From Candidatus Pelearchaeum maunauluense (GTDB taxonomy: Archaea > Thermoproteota > Nitrososphaeria_A > Caldarchaeales > Caldarchaeaceae), in the NCBI GenBank assembly GCA_030059675.1, contig JANVYQ010000001.1, forward strand, positions 32,001 through 96,000: 64,000 nt of DNA, read 5' to 3'. Below are positions 18,923 through 29,721 of the stretch, piece by piece (position 1 is the first letter of the stretch; every line of letters begins with the position of its first letter). Below the pieces are notes generated by a model. It worked only from the letters and a program-made list of their open reading frames with translations. It was not told the origin of the DNA and made no database searches. The position numbers and the translations under genes are program-made.

Positions 18923-20320
18923 ATGCTTGATTTGGTTATTAGGGGCGGTAATGTTGCGACGGAGTTTGGTATTTTCCAAGCTGATATAGGGGTTGAGGAG
19001 GGTAGGATTTCTAAGGTTGCGCGTCTGGTTGAGGAGCCTGCTGAGAGGATAATCAACGCGGGTGGGAAGCTGGTAATCCCAGGGGGTATTGATGGCCATG
19101 TCCATTTCGCCATGCATTATAGCGATGGTGTCTATACTGCGGATGACTTCTATAGCGGCACCGTCGCGGCTGCGTGTGGAGGAATAACCACTGTGATAGA
19201 CTTTGCAACACCAGAACGTGGTCAGTCGTTTATTGATGCTTTTGTCAGTAGGCGGCGCCAGGCTGATGGTGAGGTGGCTGTAGATTATGGGCTGCATTTA
19301 TCGGTAGTGAGCGCAGATGCGCGGCGTTTGGCCGAGTTGGAAGAGCTGTATAACAAGCATGGGGTTGCGAGCATTAAGGTCTTCACCGCCTACCGTAGGC
19401 GTGGCCTCATGCTGGATGATGGAGCTATACTGGATGTTCTCCGCGAGGCTTCCAGGCTGGGAACACTAGTTCTCGCCCACTGCGAGAATGAGGACATCAT
19501 AAACCGTAATGTTGAGCGGTTCCTATCTAAGGGGAAGACGGGTGTAGAGTATCATGGGTTGAGCAGGCCTGACTATGTTGAGGCCGAGGCTATTCGCCGT
19601 CTCTCGTTCTTCACGGGCTTGACAGGCGCTATGCTACTGGTTGTCCACCTCTCCTCTGGTATGGGTCTTGAGGCTGTGAGAGAAGCGCGGCGCGGTGGTG
19701 CTAGGGTTTATGCCGAGACATGCCCCCATTACCTAATGTTTGACGACTCGGTCTATCGGAGTAAAGACGCGGCGCTCTATCTAATGTCCCCGCCTCTCAA
19801 GAGTCCGCGTGATAGGGAGGCTCTCTGGGATGGTGTGGTTAAGGGTGGGATAACGGTAATGGGGAGCGACCACGCCTGCTTTACGGCCAAGGTTAAGAGA
19901 CGTTCAGAAATCTTCACAGAGATTCCAGGCGGCGTTCAGGGAACAGAGAACATAATACCCATACTCTACTCCGAGGGCGTTGCTAAGGGACGTTTATCTA
20001 TTGAGCGCTTCGTCGCGCTAGTCTCAGCAAATCCAGCAAAGCTGTACGGACTATACCCGTGTAAGGGCGCGATACTCCCAGGCTCCGACGCCGACTTAAC
20101 GATAATAGACCCGAACATGAAGGTTAAGCTAGGCAGGGACGCGATGCACAGTAGGCTTGACCACTCCATCTATGAAGGTATTGAGGTTAGGGGCTATCCT
20201 ACGGAAGTCGTATCACGGGGCCGTGTTATAGTTGAGAACCGTGAGTTCGTAGGGCAGAGGGGGTGGGGGCGATACCTAGCTAGGAGAGGAAACCCGAAAA
20301 CAGTAGAGGGTTTACAGTGA
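18923..20320 (+). CDS. hydA: Dihydropyrimidinase / D-hydantoinase
   Basis: PGGIDGHVH, DDFYSGTVAAACGG, AHCEN, ETCPHYL, MSPPL, GSDH. Confidence 0.9.
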   Translation: MLDLVIRGGNVATEFGIFQADIGVEEGRISKVARLVEEPAERIINAGGKLVIPGGIDGHVHFAMHYSDGVYTADDFYSGTVAAACGGITTVIDFATPERGQSFIDAFVSRRRQADGEVAVDYGLHLSVVSADARRLAELEELYNKHGVASIKVFTAYRRRGLMLDDGAILDVLREASRLGTLVLAHCENEDIINRNVERFLSKGKTGVEYHGLSRPDYVEAEAIRRLSFFTGLTGAMLLVVHLSSGMGLEAVREARRGGARVYAETCPHYLMFDDSVYRSKDAALYLMSPPLKSPRDREALWDGVVKGGITVMGSDHACFTAKVKRRSEIFTEIPGGVQGTENIIPILYSEGVAKGRLSIERFVALVSANPAKLYGLYPCKGAILPGSDADLTIIDPNMKVKLGRDAMHSRLDHSIYEGIEVRGYPTEVVSRGRVIVENREFVGQRGWGRYLARRGNPKTVEGLQ

Positions 20321-20365
20321 ATATGCTACAATATACTTAAATACAATCTGTGTAAGTAAGTTGAT

Positions 20366-21709
20366 ATGACGCTTGAAAAACGCCTGACGAGGCGGAAGTT
20401 TCTAGGCGTCTCCACAGGAGCAGCGGCGGGAGCCGTCGCTGCTGGCGCAATTATTGGCGGAATAGCAGGCTACTTCGCGGGCCAGTCCACCGCACCAACA
20501 AGAGAAGTAACAAGAACGGTGACAACCACCGTCGCTGGACCAGCCCAGACCGTTACGAAAACCGTTGAGAAGCCTGTTACCGAGAAGGTGAAAGCGGGCT
20601 ATGTGTATGTCGGGCCAGTAGGTGACTTCGGCTGGACATACGCTCATGACCAGGGTAGGAAATGGGCTGACGCTAGGCAAGCTAATGTTGAATCCACGTA
20701 TATAGAGAGCGTACCTGAGGCTGAGGCTGCTGGCGCTATTGAGACGCTATTAGCCGAGGGTTATGAGCTCATAATCACGACGAGCTTCGGCTACATGGAT
20801 GCTACGGCTGAGATGGCTGAGAAGAATCCAGAAAAGTATTTTGTCCATATATCAGGCTACCGCAGCGGCGCTGCTGGAAACGCGCCTGAAAACATGAGCG
20901 CAGCATTCGCAGAGTTCTACCAGCTATACTATCTCAACGGACTGGCAGCAGGGGCGGTAACAAAGACTGGAGTAGTCGGCTACGTGGCTGCTCACCCAAT
21001 CCCAGAGGTAATTAGACACATTAACGCTTTCGTACTGGGCGCTAACTACGCTTATAAGAAGAGAACAGGAAAGAACATCAAGGCATATGTTAATTGGCTC
21101 TTTAGCTGGTTTGACCCTGGAAAGACCCGTACTGCTGCTGTCTCGCTAATAGAGGAGAAGAACGCTGATGTGCTTGCTTTTACCGAGGACTCGCCAACAA
21201 CACTACAGGTAGCTGAGGAATATACGACGCAGAAGGGTAAGCAGGTCTGGAGCTTCAGCCACTATAGTGATATGACGCAGTATGGGCCCAACTCGCATCT
21301 TACGGGCCAGATAGTTAATTGGGGGCCGCTCTATCTGGAGTTCTACCGCATGGTCGCTACAGGGACTTGGCAGAGCGTAGACATATGGACTAGGATAGGC
21401 GACTACCTTCCTTGGAGATGGCGGCTACCTGTTGAGAAGAGCACCGCTGGCAAGCCTGAGGGGACCGTCTATCTAGCCCCGCTCAATCCTGCTATACCAT
21501 CTGAGTGGCAGCTTGAGATTAAGCGGCGCTACGAGGAGATGAAGGAGCTTCTCTTTGAGCCGTTCTCGCCTGAGGGTAATCTTGACCAGCCGATAAGAGA
21601 CCAGGCTGGCGAGGTAAGAATAGGCCCTGGCGAGAGAGCAGACCACGACATGCTCTGGACTATGGACTGGTTCGTTGAGTATATTGAGAGCGAGCTGCCG
21701 AAGGTCTAA
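20366..21709 (+). CDS. BMP-family nucleoside ABC transporter substrate-binding protein (Tat-exported)
   Basis: TRRKFL Tat motif, Thr-rich linker, YVGPVGDFGWTYAHDQGR, PIPEVIRHINAF. Confidence 0.9.
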   Translation: MTLEKRLTRRKFLGVSTGAAAGAVAAGAIIGGIAGYFAGQSTAPTREVTRTVTTTVAGPAQTVTKTVEKPVTEKVKAGYVYVGPVGDFGWTYAHDQGRKWADARQANVESTYIESVPEAEAAGAIETLLAEGYELIITTSFGYMDATAEMAEKNPEKYFVHISGYRSGAAGNAPENMSAAFAEFYQLYYLNGLAAGAVTKTGVVGYVAAHPIPEVIRHINAFVLGANYAYKKRTGKNIKAYVNWLFSWFDPGKTRTAAVSLIEEKNADVLAFTEDSPTTLQVAEEYTTQKGKQVWSFSHYSDMTQYGPNSHLTGQIVNWGPLYLEFYRMVATGTWQSVDIWTRIGDYLPWRWRLPVEKSTAGKPEGTVYLAPLNPAIPSEWQLEIKRRYEEMKELLFEPFSPEGNLDQPIRDQAGEVRIGPGERADHDMLWTMDWFVEYIESELPKV

Positions 21710-21784
21710 ACAGCCCCCTCTTTAACTCTCATATATTTTTAGAAGCCTAGCCCTTAACGCTGGTTGGTGCGCCAAGGGAAGCGT

Positions 21785-23332
21785 ATGCGCGGTGGTGATA
21801 GTCCAGAGATACTGGTTGAGATGCGCGGCATAACCAAGAGATTCCCTAATGTCTTGGCTAATGACCATGTTGATTTTACTCTCATGCGCGGCGAGGTTCA
21901 TGCTCTCTTGGGTGAGAATGGAGCTGGCAAAACCACGCTCATGAATATCCTATACGGGTTGTATCGTCTTGATGAGGGGGAGATATGGATTAAGGGTAGG
22001 CGCGTGAATATACGCTCACCGCGCGATGCGATAAAGAATGGTATCGGGATGGTTCATCAGCAGTTCAGGCTCATACCAACGCATACAGTAGCGGAGAATG
22101 TCATACTAGGATTGAAGGAGGCAGGATTTTATCTCAATTATCGCGATATTAATGAGAAGCTTAGTGAGATAATCTCGTTCTACGGCTGGAATATATCGCC
22201 GTCAGCCCGCGTGTGGCAGCTCTCCGTGGGTGAGAAGCAGCAGGTAGAGCTTTTAAAGGCGCTCTACCGCAAGGCGGATATACTCATACTTGACGAACCA
22301 ACCTCGGTACTAACCTCGCAGGAGACTACGCAGCTCTTCGCAACCCTCAGAAAGATGGCTGGCGAGGGCTTGGGAATAATTCTAATCAGCCATAAGCTGG
22401 ACGAGGTCATGCAGGTGAGCGATAGAGTAACTGTGATGCGGCGCGGAAGGGTTGTGGCCACAAAGCCGACACGCGAGACAAACCCCAACGAGCTGGCCAA
22501 CCTAATGGTAGGCAGACCGCTGATAACAAGCTTTGAACGCCTAAACAAAACAAGCGAAAAACCAATACTCCGCGTAGAGAATCTACGCGTGCTTGATGAT
22601 AAGGGACTCCCAGCAGTCCGCGGCGTCTCCTTCACAGTAAAGGGGGGCGAGATTCTGGGGATAGCTGGGGTTGCTGGGAACGGCCAGCAGGAGCTGGCGG
22701 AGACCATAGCTGGAATAAGGAAGGCCGTCGCTGGGAAAATAATACTAGACGGCGTGGATGTGACGAATAAGGGCTCGCTGTTTATGATTAGGCAGGGTGT
22801 GGCGTACATACCAGCCGAGAGCTCTAAGTGCGTCGCCTACCAGATGAGCGTCGCGGAGAACTTGGTGATGAAGTCTTTTAGGTATGAGCCTTTCTCCAAG
22901 TCTATCGTAATGGACTGGGATAGCATTAAGCAGCACGCTGAGCGTTTGATTGATGCTTTCAGTATAGTTACCCCGTCTCCCAGCACTAGGGCGGGTAATC
23001 TCTCTGGTGGGAATATCCAGCGCCTCATCCTAGCGCGCGAGCTTACTGGCCTCCCTGGGAGCTCGGCTCCAAAGCTGATTATAGCAACATACCCAACACG
23101 CGACCTTGACGTTGCTGCTACAGAGTTTGTTAGGAGGACACTCATACAGAACCGAGACCAGGGAGCGGCTATCCTCCTAGTGTCGGAAGACCTTGAGGAG
23201 ATAATGATGTTGAGCGACAGGATAGCTGTTATGTACCGTGGCGAGATAGTTGGGATTCTTGAGCAGCAGGAGTTTGATGTTGAGGTTATCGGTATGATGA
23301 TGACTGGCGCGAGGCGCGGGGAGGCTGCTTGA
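21785..23332 (+). CDS. Nucleoside ABC transporter ATP-binding protein (two ABC domains)
   Basis: GENGAGKT, LSVGEKQ, ILDEPT, LSGGNIQ. Confidence 0.93.
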   Translation: MRGGDSPEILVEMRGITKRFPNVLANDHVDFTLMRGEVHALLGENGAGKTTLMNILYGLYRLDEGEIWIKGRRVNIRSPRDAIKNGIGMVHQQFRLIPTHTVAENVILGLKEAGFYLNYRDINEKLSEIISFYGWNISPSARVWQLSVGEKQQVELLKALYRKADILILDEPTSVLTSQETTQLFATLRKMAGEGLGIILISHKLDEVMQVSDRVTVMRRGRVVATKPTRETNPNELANLMVGRPLITSFERLNKTSEKPILRVENLRVLDDKGLPAVRGVSFTVKGGEILGIAGVAGNGQQELAETIAGIRKAVAGKIILDGVDVTNKGSLFMIRQGVAYIPAESSKCVAYQMSVAENLVMKSFRYEPFSKSIVMDWDSIKQHAERLIDAFSIVTPSPSTRAGNLSGGNIQRLILARELTGLPGSSAPKLIIATYPTRDLDVAATEFVRRTLIQNRDQGAAILLVSEDLEEIMMLSDRIAVMYRGEIVGILEQQEFDVEVIGMMMTGARRGEAA

Positions 23333-24408
23333 GGTCTGCCATACCCCTGATTAGGGTTCAGCGTAGGCTTGAGGTGCCGCGTAGGGTATCTGCGGCGGTA
23401 AGCGCGTTCTTCATACTCCTATCATTCGCAGCAGCAGCACTCATCTTCGAGCTGATGGGCGTTAGCTCCGTCGCCACCTTCGGCGTGATAGCATCGGTCT
23501 TCACAAACCCCAACCTACTCCTACAAGCAATCCTACGCGGACTCCCAATAGGCTTAGCAGCCCTAGGCCTCTCAATAGCGTTCCGCATGAACTTCTGGAA
23601 CATAGGGGCGGAGGGCCAGCTATACATGGGCATGTTCGCCGCTACTGGTGTTGTTCTTCTCCACGAGTATCAGGGGCTGATAGCCGAGCCGCTGGTCATA
23701 GTATTCATGGTTCTCGCGTCCTTCGTGGCGGGCGGGCTATACTGCGCGCTGAGCGCGGCGCTCAAAGCCAAGATGGGCGTGAACGAGGTCTTGACAACCC
23801 TCATGCTCAACTACATCGCCATACTCTTCGTGGATTTCCTAGTCTACGGCCCCTGGCGCGACCCCAAGGGCTTCAACTTCCCCCTCTCAATACAGTTCCC
23901 AGACTATGCGCGGCTTGGGTTTGTGTTGGGCAGTCCTAGCTATGAGGGGCTTGCCATGCTTTTGGTGGTGGCGTTCTTGGTTTATGGCTTGATGCGCCAT
24001 ACTACGCTGGGCTTTGAGATGCGTGTTGTCGGTGAGAGCCCTGAGGTGGCTAAGCATGCGGGGATAAGCTACGCCAAGGCGCTCATAATAGGCGGGTTCA
24101 TCTCAGGCGGGCTTGCTGGGATAGCGGGCTTCAGCGTCGTGAGCGGAATCATAGGCAGACTCAGGCCGCGCGCATCACCAGGCTACGGCTACACAGCAAT
24201 AATAGTGGCGTTCCTAGCCCTACTAAACCCCTGGCTCATAATACCAGCCAGCATCTTCTTCGGCGGCCTGATAGTGGCTGGAGACCTAATACAGGCATCT
24301 CTCAAGCTTCCATTCGCGGCGGTCCAGATATTCCAGTCAATAATCTTCCTCTTCATAATTGCTGGGGAGTTCATGAAGCGTTATAGGATAATAGTTAGCT
24401 GGAGGTGA
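23329..24408 (+). CDS. Nucleoside ABC transporter permease
   Basis: WNIGAEGQ, NEVLTTLMLNYIA, GYGYTAIIVA. Confidence 0.9.
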   Translation: MRSAIPLIRVQRRLEVPRRVSAAVSAFFILLSFAAAALIFELMGVSSVATFGVIASVFTNPNLLLQAILRGLPIGLAALGLSIAFRMNFWNIGAEGQLYMGMFAATGVVLLHEYQGLIAEPLVIVFMVLASFVAGGLYCALSAALKAKMGVNEVLTTLMLNYIAILFVDFLVYGPWRDPKGFNFPLSIQFPDYARLGFVLGSPSYEGLAMLLVVAFLVYGLMRHTTLGFEMRVVGESPEVAKHAGISYAKALIIGGFISGGLAGIAGFSVVSGIIGRLRPRASPGYGYTAIIVAFLALLNPWLIIPASIFFGGLIVAGDLIQASLKLPFAAVQIFQSIIFLFIIAGEFMKRYRIIVSWR

Positions 24409-24414
24409 GTTTGG

Positions 24415-25395
24415 ATGGCTGACGTAGCCTGGATTGAGTCCGTGCTAAGCGGCGCGGTTCAGGCTGGGACTGTGTATCTCCTTGCCTCACTGGGGGAGGT
24501 CTATGCTGAGCGCTCAGGGATACTCAACCTTGGGCTTGAGGGGATGATGATACTAGGCGTGGCGGTGTCCTTTATCTTTACAAACGCACTAGGCCACGGG
24601 GCTGCCCTCTTGGTTACCATGCTCGTCGGTGGCCTTATTGCGTTGATTCTAGCCTTCATGGCCGTGAGTCTGAGGCTCAACCAGATTGTAGTCGGCCTAG
24701 CTTTGACGCTCTTTGGCTTGGGGTTAAGCGGCTTCATAACATCAGCGGAGATAAGGAAGGGAATCCTGCTATCCCTGAACCCCAACCTAAGCGAGGCGGC
24801 GCTGGTAACACAGCAGGCTCCGAAGCTACCTAACATAGCAATACCAGTCCTATCCGACATACCGCTCATAGGCGAGCCGCTCTTCAACCAGAACATCCTA
24901 GTCTACCTCTCCTACATCCTCGCTATTGTCATGTGGTTTGTGCTGTTCAGGACTAGGTTTGGGCTTAGCCTCCGTTCCGTGGGTGAGAACCCAGCGATGG
25001 CGGATGCTATGGGCGTGAATGTCTATCTCATGCGCTACATAGCTACCGTGATAGGTGGGATGCTCGGAGCCCTGGCTGGTGCTTATCTCTTCATAGGATA
25101 CCAGCCCTTCTGGCAGGAGGGGATGACGCAGGGTAGGGGATTCATATCACTAGCTCTAGTAATCCTAGCTACGTGGAGCCCGCTCCGCGCCATTCTTGGT
25201 GCGTACCTCTTCGGCGGTGTTGAGGTGCTCCAGTTCAGGCTTCAGCTCCTCGGCGTAGGTGCGCAGACACCCCAGTTCCTACTAATGCTACCATACCTCG
25301 TAACGATAGCTACCCTCACCCTCCTCTCGTTTGAGGGTGTGAAGAAGAGGATAGGCGTTCCCGCAGCGCTCGCAACACCATACTCAAGGGAATAG
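24415..25395 (+). CDS. Nucleoside ABC transporter permease
   Basis: ERSGILNLGLEGMM, GENPAMADAMG, PAALATPYSRE. Confidence 0.9.
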   Translation: MADVAWIESVLSGAVQAGTVYLLASLGEVYAERSGILNLGLEGMMILGVAVSFIFTNALGHGAALLVTMLVGGLIALILAFMAVSLRLNQIVVGLALTLFGLGLSGFITSAEIRKGILLSLNPNLSEAALVTQQAPKLPNIAIPVLSDIPLIGEPLFNQNILVYLSYILAIVMWFVLFRTRFGLSLRSVGENPAMADAMGVNVYLMRYIATVIGGMLGALAGAYLFIGYQPFWQEGMTQGRGFISLALVILATWSPLRAILGAYLFGGVEVLQFRLQLLGVGAQTPQFLLMLPYLVTIATLTLLSFEGVKKRIGVPAALATPYSRE

Positions 25396-25428
25396 CATTT
25401 ATCGCGGCGTTATAAAACTCTAGGGGAT

Positions 25429-25632
25429 ATGGATAGGGTGTTTGCGCGTTGTAAGACCTGCCACCTATGGTTTAACACTGGCATTAGCGTTGAGGGCTTT
25501 AAGGAGAGCGCGTCGGTGGAGGTTAGCTGCCCAGTTGGACATCTTAACACTTACTCGCGTGAGGAGCTTAGGCCTGAGAGTAGTTTTGAGAGACGTTACC
25601 GCAGGGTGGCCGGGAGACTTGTAAACCTCTAG
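25429..25632 (+). CDS. Small putative zinc-ribbon protein
   Basis: 67 aa; CKTC...CPVGH. Confidence 0.5.
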   Translation: MDRVFARCKTCHLWFNTGISVEGFKESASVEVSCPVGHLNTYSREELRPESSFERRYRRVAGRLVNL

Positions 25633-26426
25633 ACCTGAAGCAGCTCCAGCATCTTTCTATGCTTGTTGCATAGCTCGTGGCCTGCTAGCTGGGCTTCTAG
25701 AACCTCTTCCTGCCAGTGGGAATTATAGAGGCGGCAGTGCTTATTGTCGCAGAAGGCTTCGCCGAGGGCTTGGTAGAACACTGCTTGGAGGACGTAGCCC
25801 TTCATCACTTCGGTTAGCCGCTCATCATCATACTCTATGAACCTGCCACGCATTTGTTGCTTCATCTCCTCCCATATGAGCGGCGTTAGCTGCGCTGCGG
25901 TGTGCGTAGTTGCTATGTAGAATTCGCGGGGCTTGGCTGGGCCTTCCACTATTCCAGTTGTTGAGATTAGGCTTGGGTAGCCGCATATGATTACTCTGAT
26001 GTGGTATCTGTCTTCTCCGTATGTTGCGAGTAGGCGGCCTGTGAAGATTATGTGTGCCTCGCTTAGGTTGTTTTCTTCCCTCTTCAGTAGGCTATGGCAT
26101 ATTGCTTGAATCATGAAGCCGTCGTAGAGTATTCCCAGCGGTCTCTTGCTTGGATTTTTGAGTAGTGATTTTTCATACTCCACCTCGCCGTAGAGTGGCT
26201 GACGATTGTCTAGGCGTTTTAGTGGATTCCGTATCCGCGCCGCTGCGAGGAGCGGGGCTACGTGCTCAAAATCAGCAGCATGGTAGGTGAAGAACTCCTG
26301 CCTGACATCCACCTCTAGTGCTGGGAGCTTTTCTCTTAGGTATTCGGCTATCTCTTCTGGGTTTAGGGTTTTGCTGGATGGGTCAGCGTATAGGTGGAGC
26401 TTCCTCAATCTCGCGTAGCTTCTCAT
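25629..26426 (-). CDS. Conserved archaeal hypothetical protein (putative metallopeptidase-like)
   Basis: [29 protein letters not shown]; C-terminal [20 protein letters not shown]; start uncertain. Confidence 0.7.
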   Translation of the reverse strand: MRSYARLRKLHLYADPSSKTLNPEEIAEYLREKLPALEVDVRQEFFTYHAADFEHVAPLLAAARIRNPLKRLDNRQPLYGEVEYEKSLLKNPSKRPLGILYDGFMIQAICHSLLKREENNLSEAHIIFTGRLLATYGEDRYHIRVIICGYPSLISTTGIVEGPAKPREFYIATTHTAAQLTPLIWEEMKQQMRGRFIEYDDERLTEVMKGYVLQAVFYQALGEAFCDNKHCRLYNSHWQEEVLEAQLAGHELCNKHRKMLELLQV

Positions 26427-27189
26427 ACGCCACCTGCGCCGCCTTACGGCCTGAGAGGAGCATGGCCCCAAACGTCGGCCCCATGCGCGGCAGGCCATAG
26501 ACCTCCGCGACCGCCATACCAGCGACTATAATCCCTGGATAGGCTTCTCCAGTATGCTCCACCACCGCGTCCTCGGACATCTCAACCCACATGGCGCCCA
26601 TTCCCGGTATCTTAATTATCCCACGCTCCTCAAGCCTCCTCATTACCACGGCGTCGTGCCCGGATGCGTCTATTATCAGCCTGGCCTCAAGGGCTATTGG
26701 GTCTACGCATGTTACTTGGCGCGGGAGTGCGTTTACTGGTGTCCAGTTGACCACCACCCCTGCTGCCCTGTTGTCGCGCATAATTATGTCATCCAGCTGT
26801 GTCATGTTGAGTATCTTCACGCCCGCCTCGCAGGCTGCTGCTATGAGCTTGGAGCATGCGTATGGTGCTGGCGCTACGTAGAGGCCGTCGCTGTATCGCT
26901 CGTATTTTATTCCCAGCTCGTCCAGTATTTCCTGGGCTGGGTGCCTGAATGTTGCTGGGTTCATCAGGTAGCCGCCTATCCAGAAGCCTCCGCCTAGGTA
27001 GTTGTTCTGCTCTATGATGAGCGTCTTAACGCCCTTGAGGGCTAGGTCTCTGCCAGCCATGAGTCCAGAGGGGCCGCCGCCCACGATTATCACGTCGCTC
27101 TCGGCATACTCCAGAAATTGCTCGGTGAAGGTCTTGACTATCGCCCGCGTGATGTCCTTCTCCCCTATACCAGTGCTGAAGGTTGGCAT
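26383..27189 (-). CDS. thi4: Thiazole biosynthesis enzyme Thi4 (Cys-type)
   Basis: [33 protein letters not shown]; ATG at 27189. Confidence 0.93.
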   Translation of the reverse strand: MPTFSTGIGEKDITRAIVKTFTEQFLEYAESDVIIVGGGPSGLMAGRDLALKGVKTLIIEQNNYLGGGFWIGGYLMNPATFRHPAQEILDELGIKYERYSDGLYVAPAPYACSKLIAAACEAGVKILNMTQLDDIIMRDNRAAGVVVNWTPVNALPRQVTCVDPIALEARLIIDASGHDAVVMRRLEERGIIKIPGMGAMWVEMSEDAVVEHTGEAYPGIIVAGMAVAEVYGLPRMGPTFGAMLLSGRKAAQVAYEKLREIEEAPPIR

Positions 27190-27304
27190 GGTCTCTGCCG
27201 CTTTTTTCTCATTATTTAAGCGAGTTAATAACCCGCTTATACGGTAGATGCGTGTATAAGGTATGTAGGTATAAATATAGTCTGAACGTATTACATTTTC
27301 CTCC

Positions 27305-29626
27305 ATGAAATTAATAGGCGCATCCATCAAGCGTGTTGAGGATTTCCGCCTCATAACTGGGAAGGGGCTGTATGTTGATGATGTTAAGCTCCCCAACATG
27401 CTTTACGGCGCAGTCCTCAGGAGCACATTCGCACACGCTCTTATACGTTCAATAGACAAATCACAAGCCCTAAGCCTCAGGGGCGTTAGGGCAGTATATA
27501 CTGCGGAAGACCTGGGAAGCATAAATGGGCCATTACCCCAATCCGTCTCCCCACTACCCCAATACCCAATACCACACCAAAAAACACACTACACACTAGC
27601 TCCTGGGAAGGTCAGATACGTGGGCGAGCCAGTAGCATTCGTCGTTGCAGAGGATAGATACACAGCACGCGACGCGCTGGAGCTCATAGAAGTGGAATAC
27701 GAGCCTCTGCCACCAGTTGTTGATATTGAAAAGGCAATAGAGCCAGACGCCCCGCTAGTCCATGATGACGTCCCAAGAAACATAGTAGCCCAGCACACGA
27801 TAAGCGTCGGAGACATCAACCAAGCATTCAGCAAGGCAGACCTAGTAGTTAGGGAGAGGATGGTGTTCAACCGAGGAGCTGGCCATTCAATAGAAACACG
27901 CGGCGTGGTGGCAAGCTATGATGAACGCTCAGGCTACCTAACGATATGGGACTCCACACAAGCGCCTATACCGGTAAGGAACGGCCTGGCGAAAATCCTC
28001 AGCCTACCAGAGAACAAGATACGCGTAATAGCCCCAGACGTGGGCGGGGGCTTCGGCCCAAAGATAATGCTCTTCTACCCAGAAGAGGTGCTAGTAACAT
28101 ACGCGGCTCTCAAGCTGGGCAGACCAGTAAAGTGGATTGAAGACAGACGCGAATACTCCATAGCAGCCAACCAGCAGAGAATACAGATACACTACGTAGA
28201 GGCAGCGTTCAGCAACGACGGAAAGTTGCTGGGAATCAAGGATAGATTCCTTGTGGACATGGGGGCATACACCCCATACGGGATAATGGTCCCGATAATC
28301 ACGACGGGCACGATGCCAGGCCCATACAAGATAGGCGCCTTCCACGTGGATTTCACAGCCGTCTATACCAACAAGACCGTTGTAAGCCCCGTCAGGGGAG
28401 CTGGCAGGCCAGAGGCGGTATACGTGATGGAGAGGGTCATGGACATAGCGGCAGCTAGACTCGGAATACCGCGCGACGAGATTAGGCGGAGAAATCTCAT
28501 ACAGCCAGAGGAATTCCCATACGACACTGGAATAATCTACCAAGACGGCGGCCCCGTAAAGTATGACAGCGGCAACTACCCCCGAATGCTTGAGAAACTG
28601 CTTGAAGCCCTAGACTATGCTAGCTGGCCTGAGCGGAAGCGCAGGTACCGCGAAGAAGGCCGTTATGTTGGCCTCGGCTTTGCGCTATACGTTGAGGGAG
28701 CTGGTGTAGGGCCTTACGAGATGGCGCGCGTCCGCGTAGAGCCATCAGGGAGGGTGAGCGTAGCTACTGGCGTAGGGACACAGGGCCAGGGGCACTTTAC
28801 AACCCTCGCACAAGTCGCCGCGGAGGTGTTGGGCGTTAATGTTGAGGATGTGGATGTAGTGACAGGCGACACGGCACAGATGTCATGGGGCATAGGAACA
28901 TTCGCCAGCAGGGCTGCCACGATAGCGGGGAGCGCCGTCTACCTAGCAGCGCAGGAAGTTAGGAACAAAGCTGCCGAGCTAGCGGCGAAGAAGCTGGAAG
29001 CAAACCCAGCAGACCTAGAGTTCGCCGATGGGAAAGTCTTCGTACGCGGAGCGCCGGAAAGAGCCATAACGCTGGGCGAGCTCGCGGTGCTAGCTCACCC
29101 GATACGCGGCTTGATAGAGCGCGAGCCTGGCCTTGAGGCCACAAAATTCTTCAGCCCCCGACAGTCTGTCTTCAGCAGCGGCGCTCACGGCGCCGAAGTG
29201 GAGATAGACCCTGAGACAGGCGAGATTAAGATACTCCGCTACGTAATCATACACGACTGCGGTACTGTGATTAACCCGATGATAGTTGAGGGCCAGATAG
29301 TCGGCGGCCTCTCCAACGGCATAGGCTCGGCGCTCTACGAGGAGATACTGCACGACGAGAATGGCCAGCCCCTCGCTACGACGTTCATGGACTACTTGAT
29401 ACCGAGTAGTATGGAGATGCCACTTGAGGTTGAGGTGCATCACCTTGAGACGCGGTCTCCGCTCAACCCGCTGGGCGCCAAGGGTGTGGGCGAGGCGGGC
29501 GTTATACCCGTAGCAGCGGTGGTGGCGTCAGCAGTCCAAGACGCGTTTGACGGGAAGGTAGTACCCCTGGAGAGCCCCCTCACACCACCTAGGCTAAAAG
29601 CCCTCCTAGAGGTTCAGAGAGGCTAA
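27305..29626 (+). CDS. Xanthine dehydrogenase/CoxL family molybdopterin-binding large subunit (orphan)
   Basis: [33 protein letters not shown]. Confidence 0.9.
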   Translation: MKLIGASIKRVEDFRLITGKGLYVDDVKLPNMLYGAVLRSTFAHALIRSIDKSQALSLRGVRAVYTAEDLGSINGPLPQSVSPLPQYPIPHQKTHYTLAPGKVRYVGEPVAFVVAEDRYTARDALELIEVEYEPLPPVVDIEKAIEPDAPLVHDDVPRNIVAQHTISVGDINQAFSKADLVVRERMVFNRGAGHSIETRGVVASYDERSGYLTIWDSTQAPIPVRNGLAKILSLPENKIRVIAPDVGGGFGPKIMLFYPEEVLVTYAALKLGRPVKWIEDRREYSIAANQQRIQIHYVEAAFSNDGKLLGIKDRFLVDMGAYTPYGIMVPIITTGTMPGPYKIGAFHVDFTAVYTNKTVVSPVRGAGRPEAVYVMERVMDIAAARLGIPRDEIRRRNLIQPEEFPYDTGIIYQDGGPVKYDSGNYPRMLEKLLEALDYASWPERKRRYREEGRYVGLGFALYVEGAGVGPYEMARVRVEPSGRVSVATGVGTQGQGHFTTLAQVAAEVLGVNVEDVDVVTGDTAQMSWGIGTFASRAATIAGSAVYLAAQEVRNKAAELAAKKLEANPADLEFADGKVFVRGAPERAITLGELAVLAHPIRGLIEREPGLEATKFFSPRQSVFSSGAHGAEVEIDPETGEIKILRYVIIHDCGTVINPMIVEGQIVGGLSNGIGSALYEEILHDENGQPLATTFMDYLIPSSMEMPLEVEVHHLETRSPLNPLGAKGVGEAGVIPVAAVVASAVQDAFDGKVVPLESPLTPPRLKALLEVQRG

Positions 29627-29721
29627 AAATCCGTTCCACTTTTTAGAAAAACATACCCAGCAATCCCACCCAGCAAGGCTAGGGATTAGGTTATAGCGTG
29701 GCTATTCTCGCATAGGCGGTA

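Noticed and set aside
27190-27399. 70-aa N-terminal extension of Thi4 in the ORF track
   Set aside because: Overlaps the divergent gene and promoter region; family similarity begins at ATG 27189
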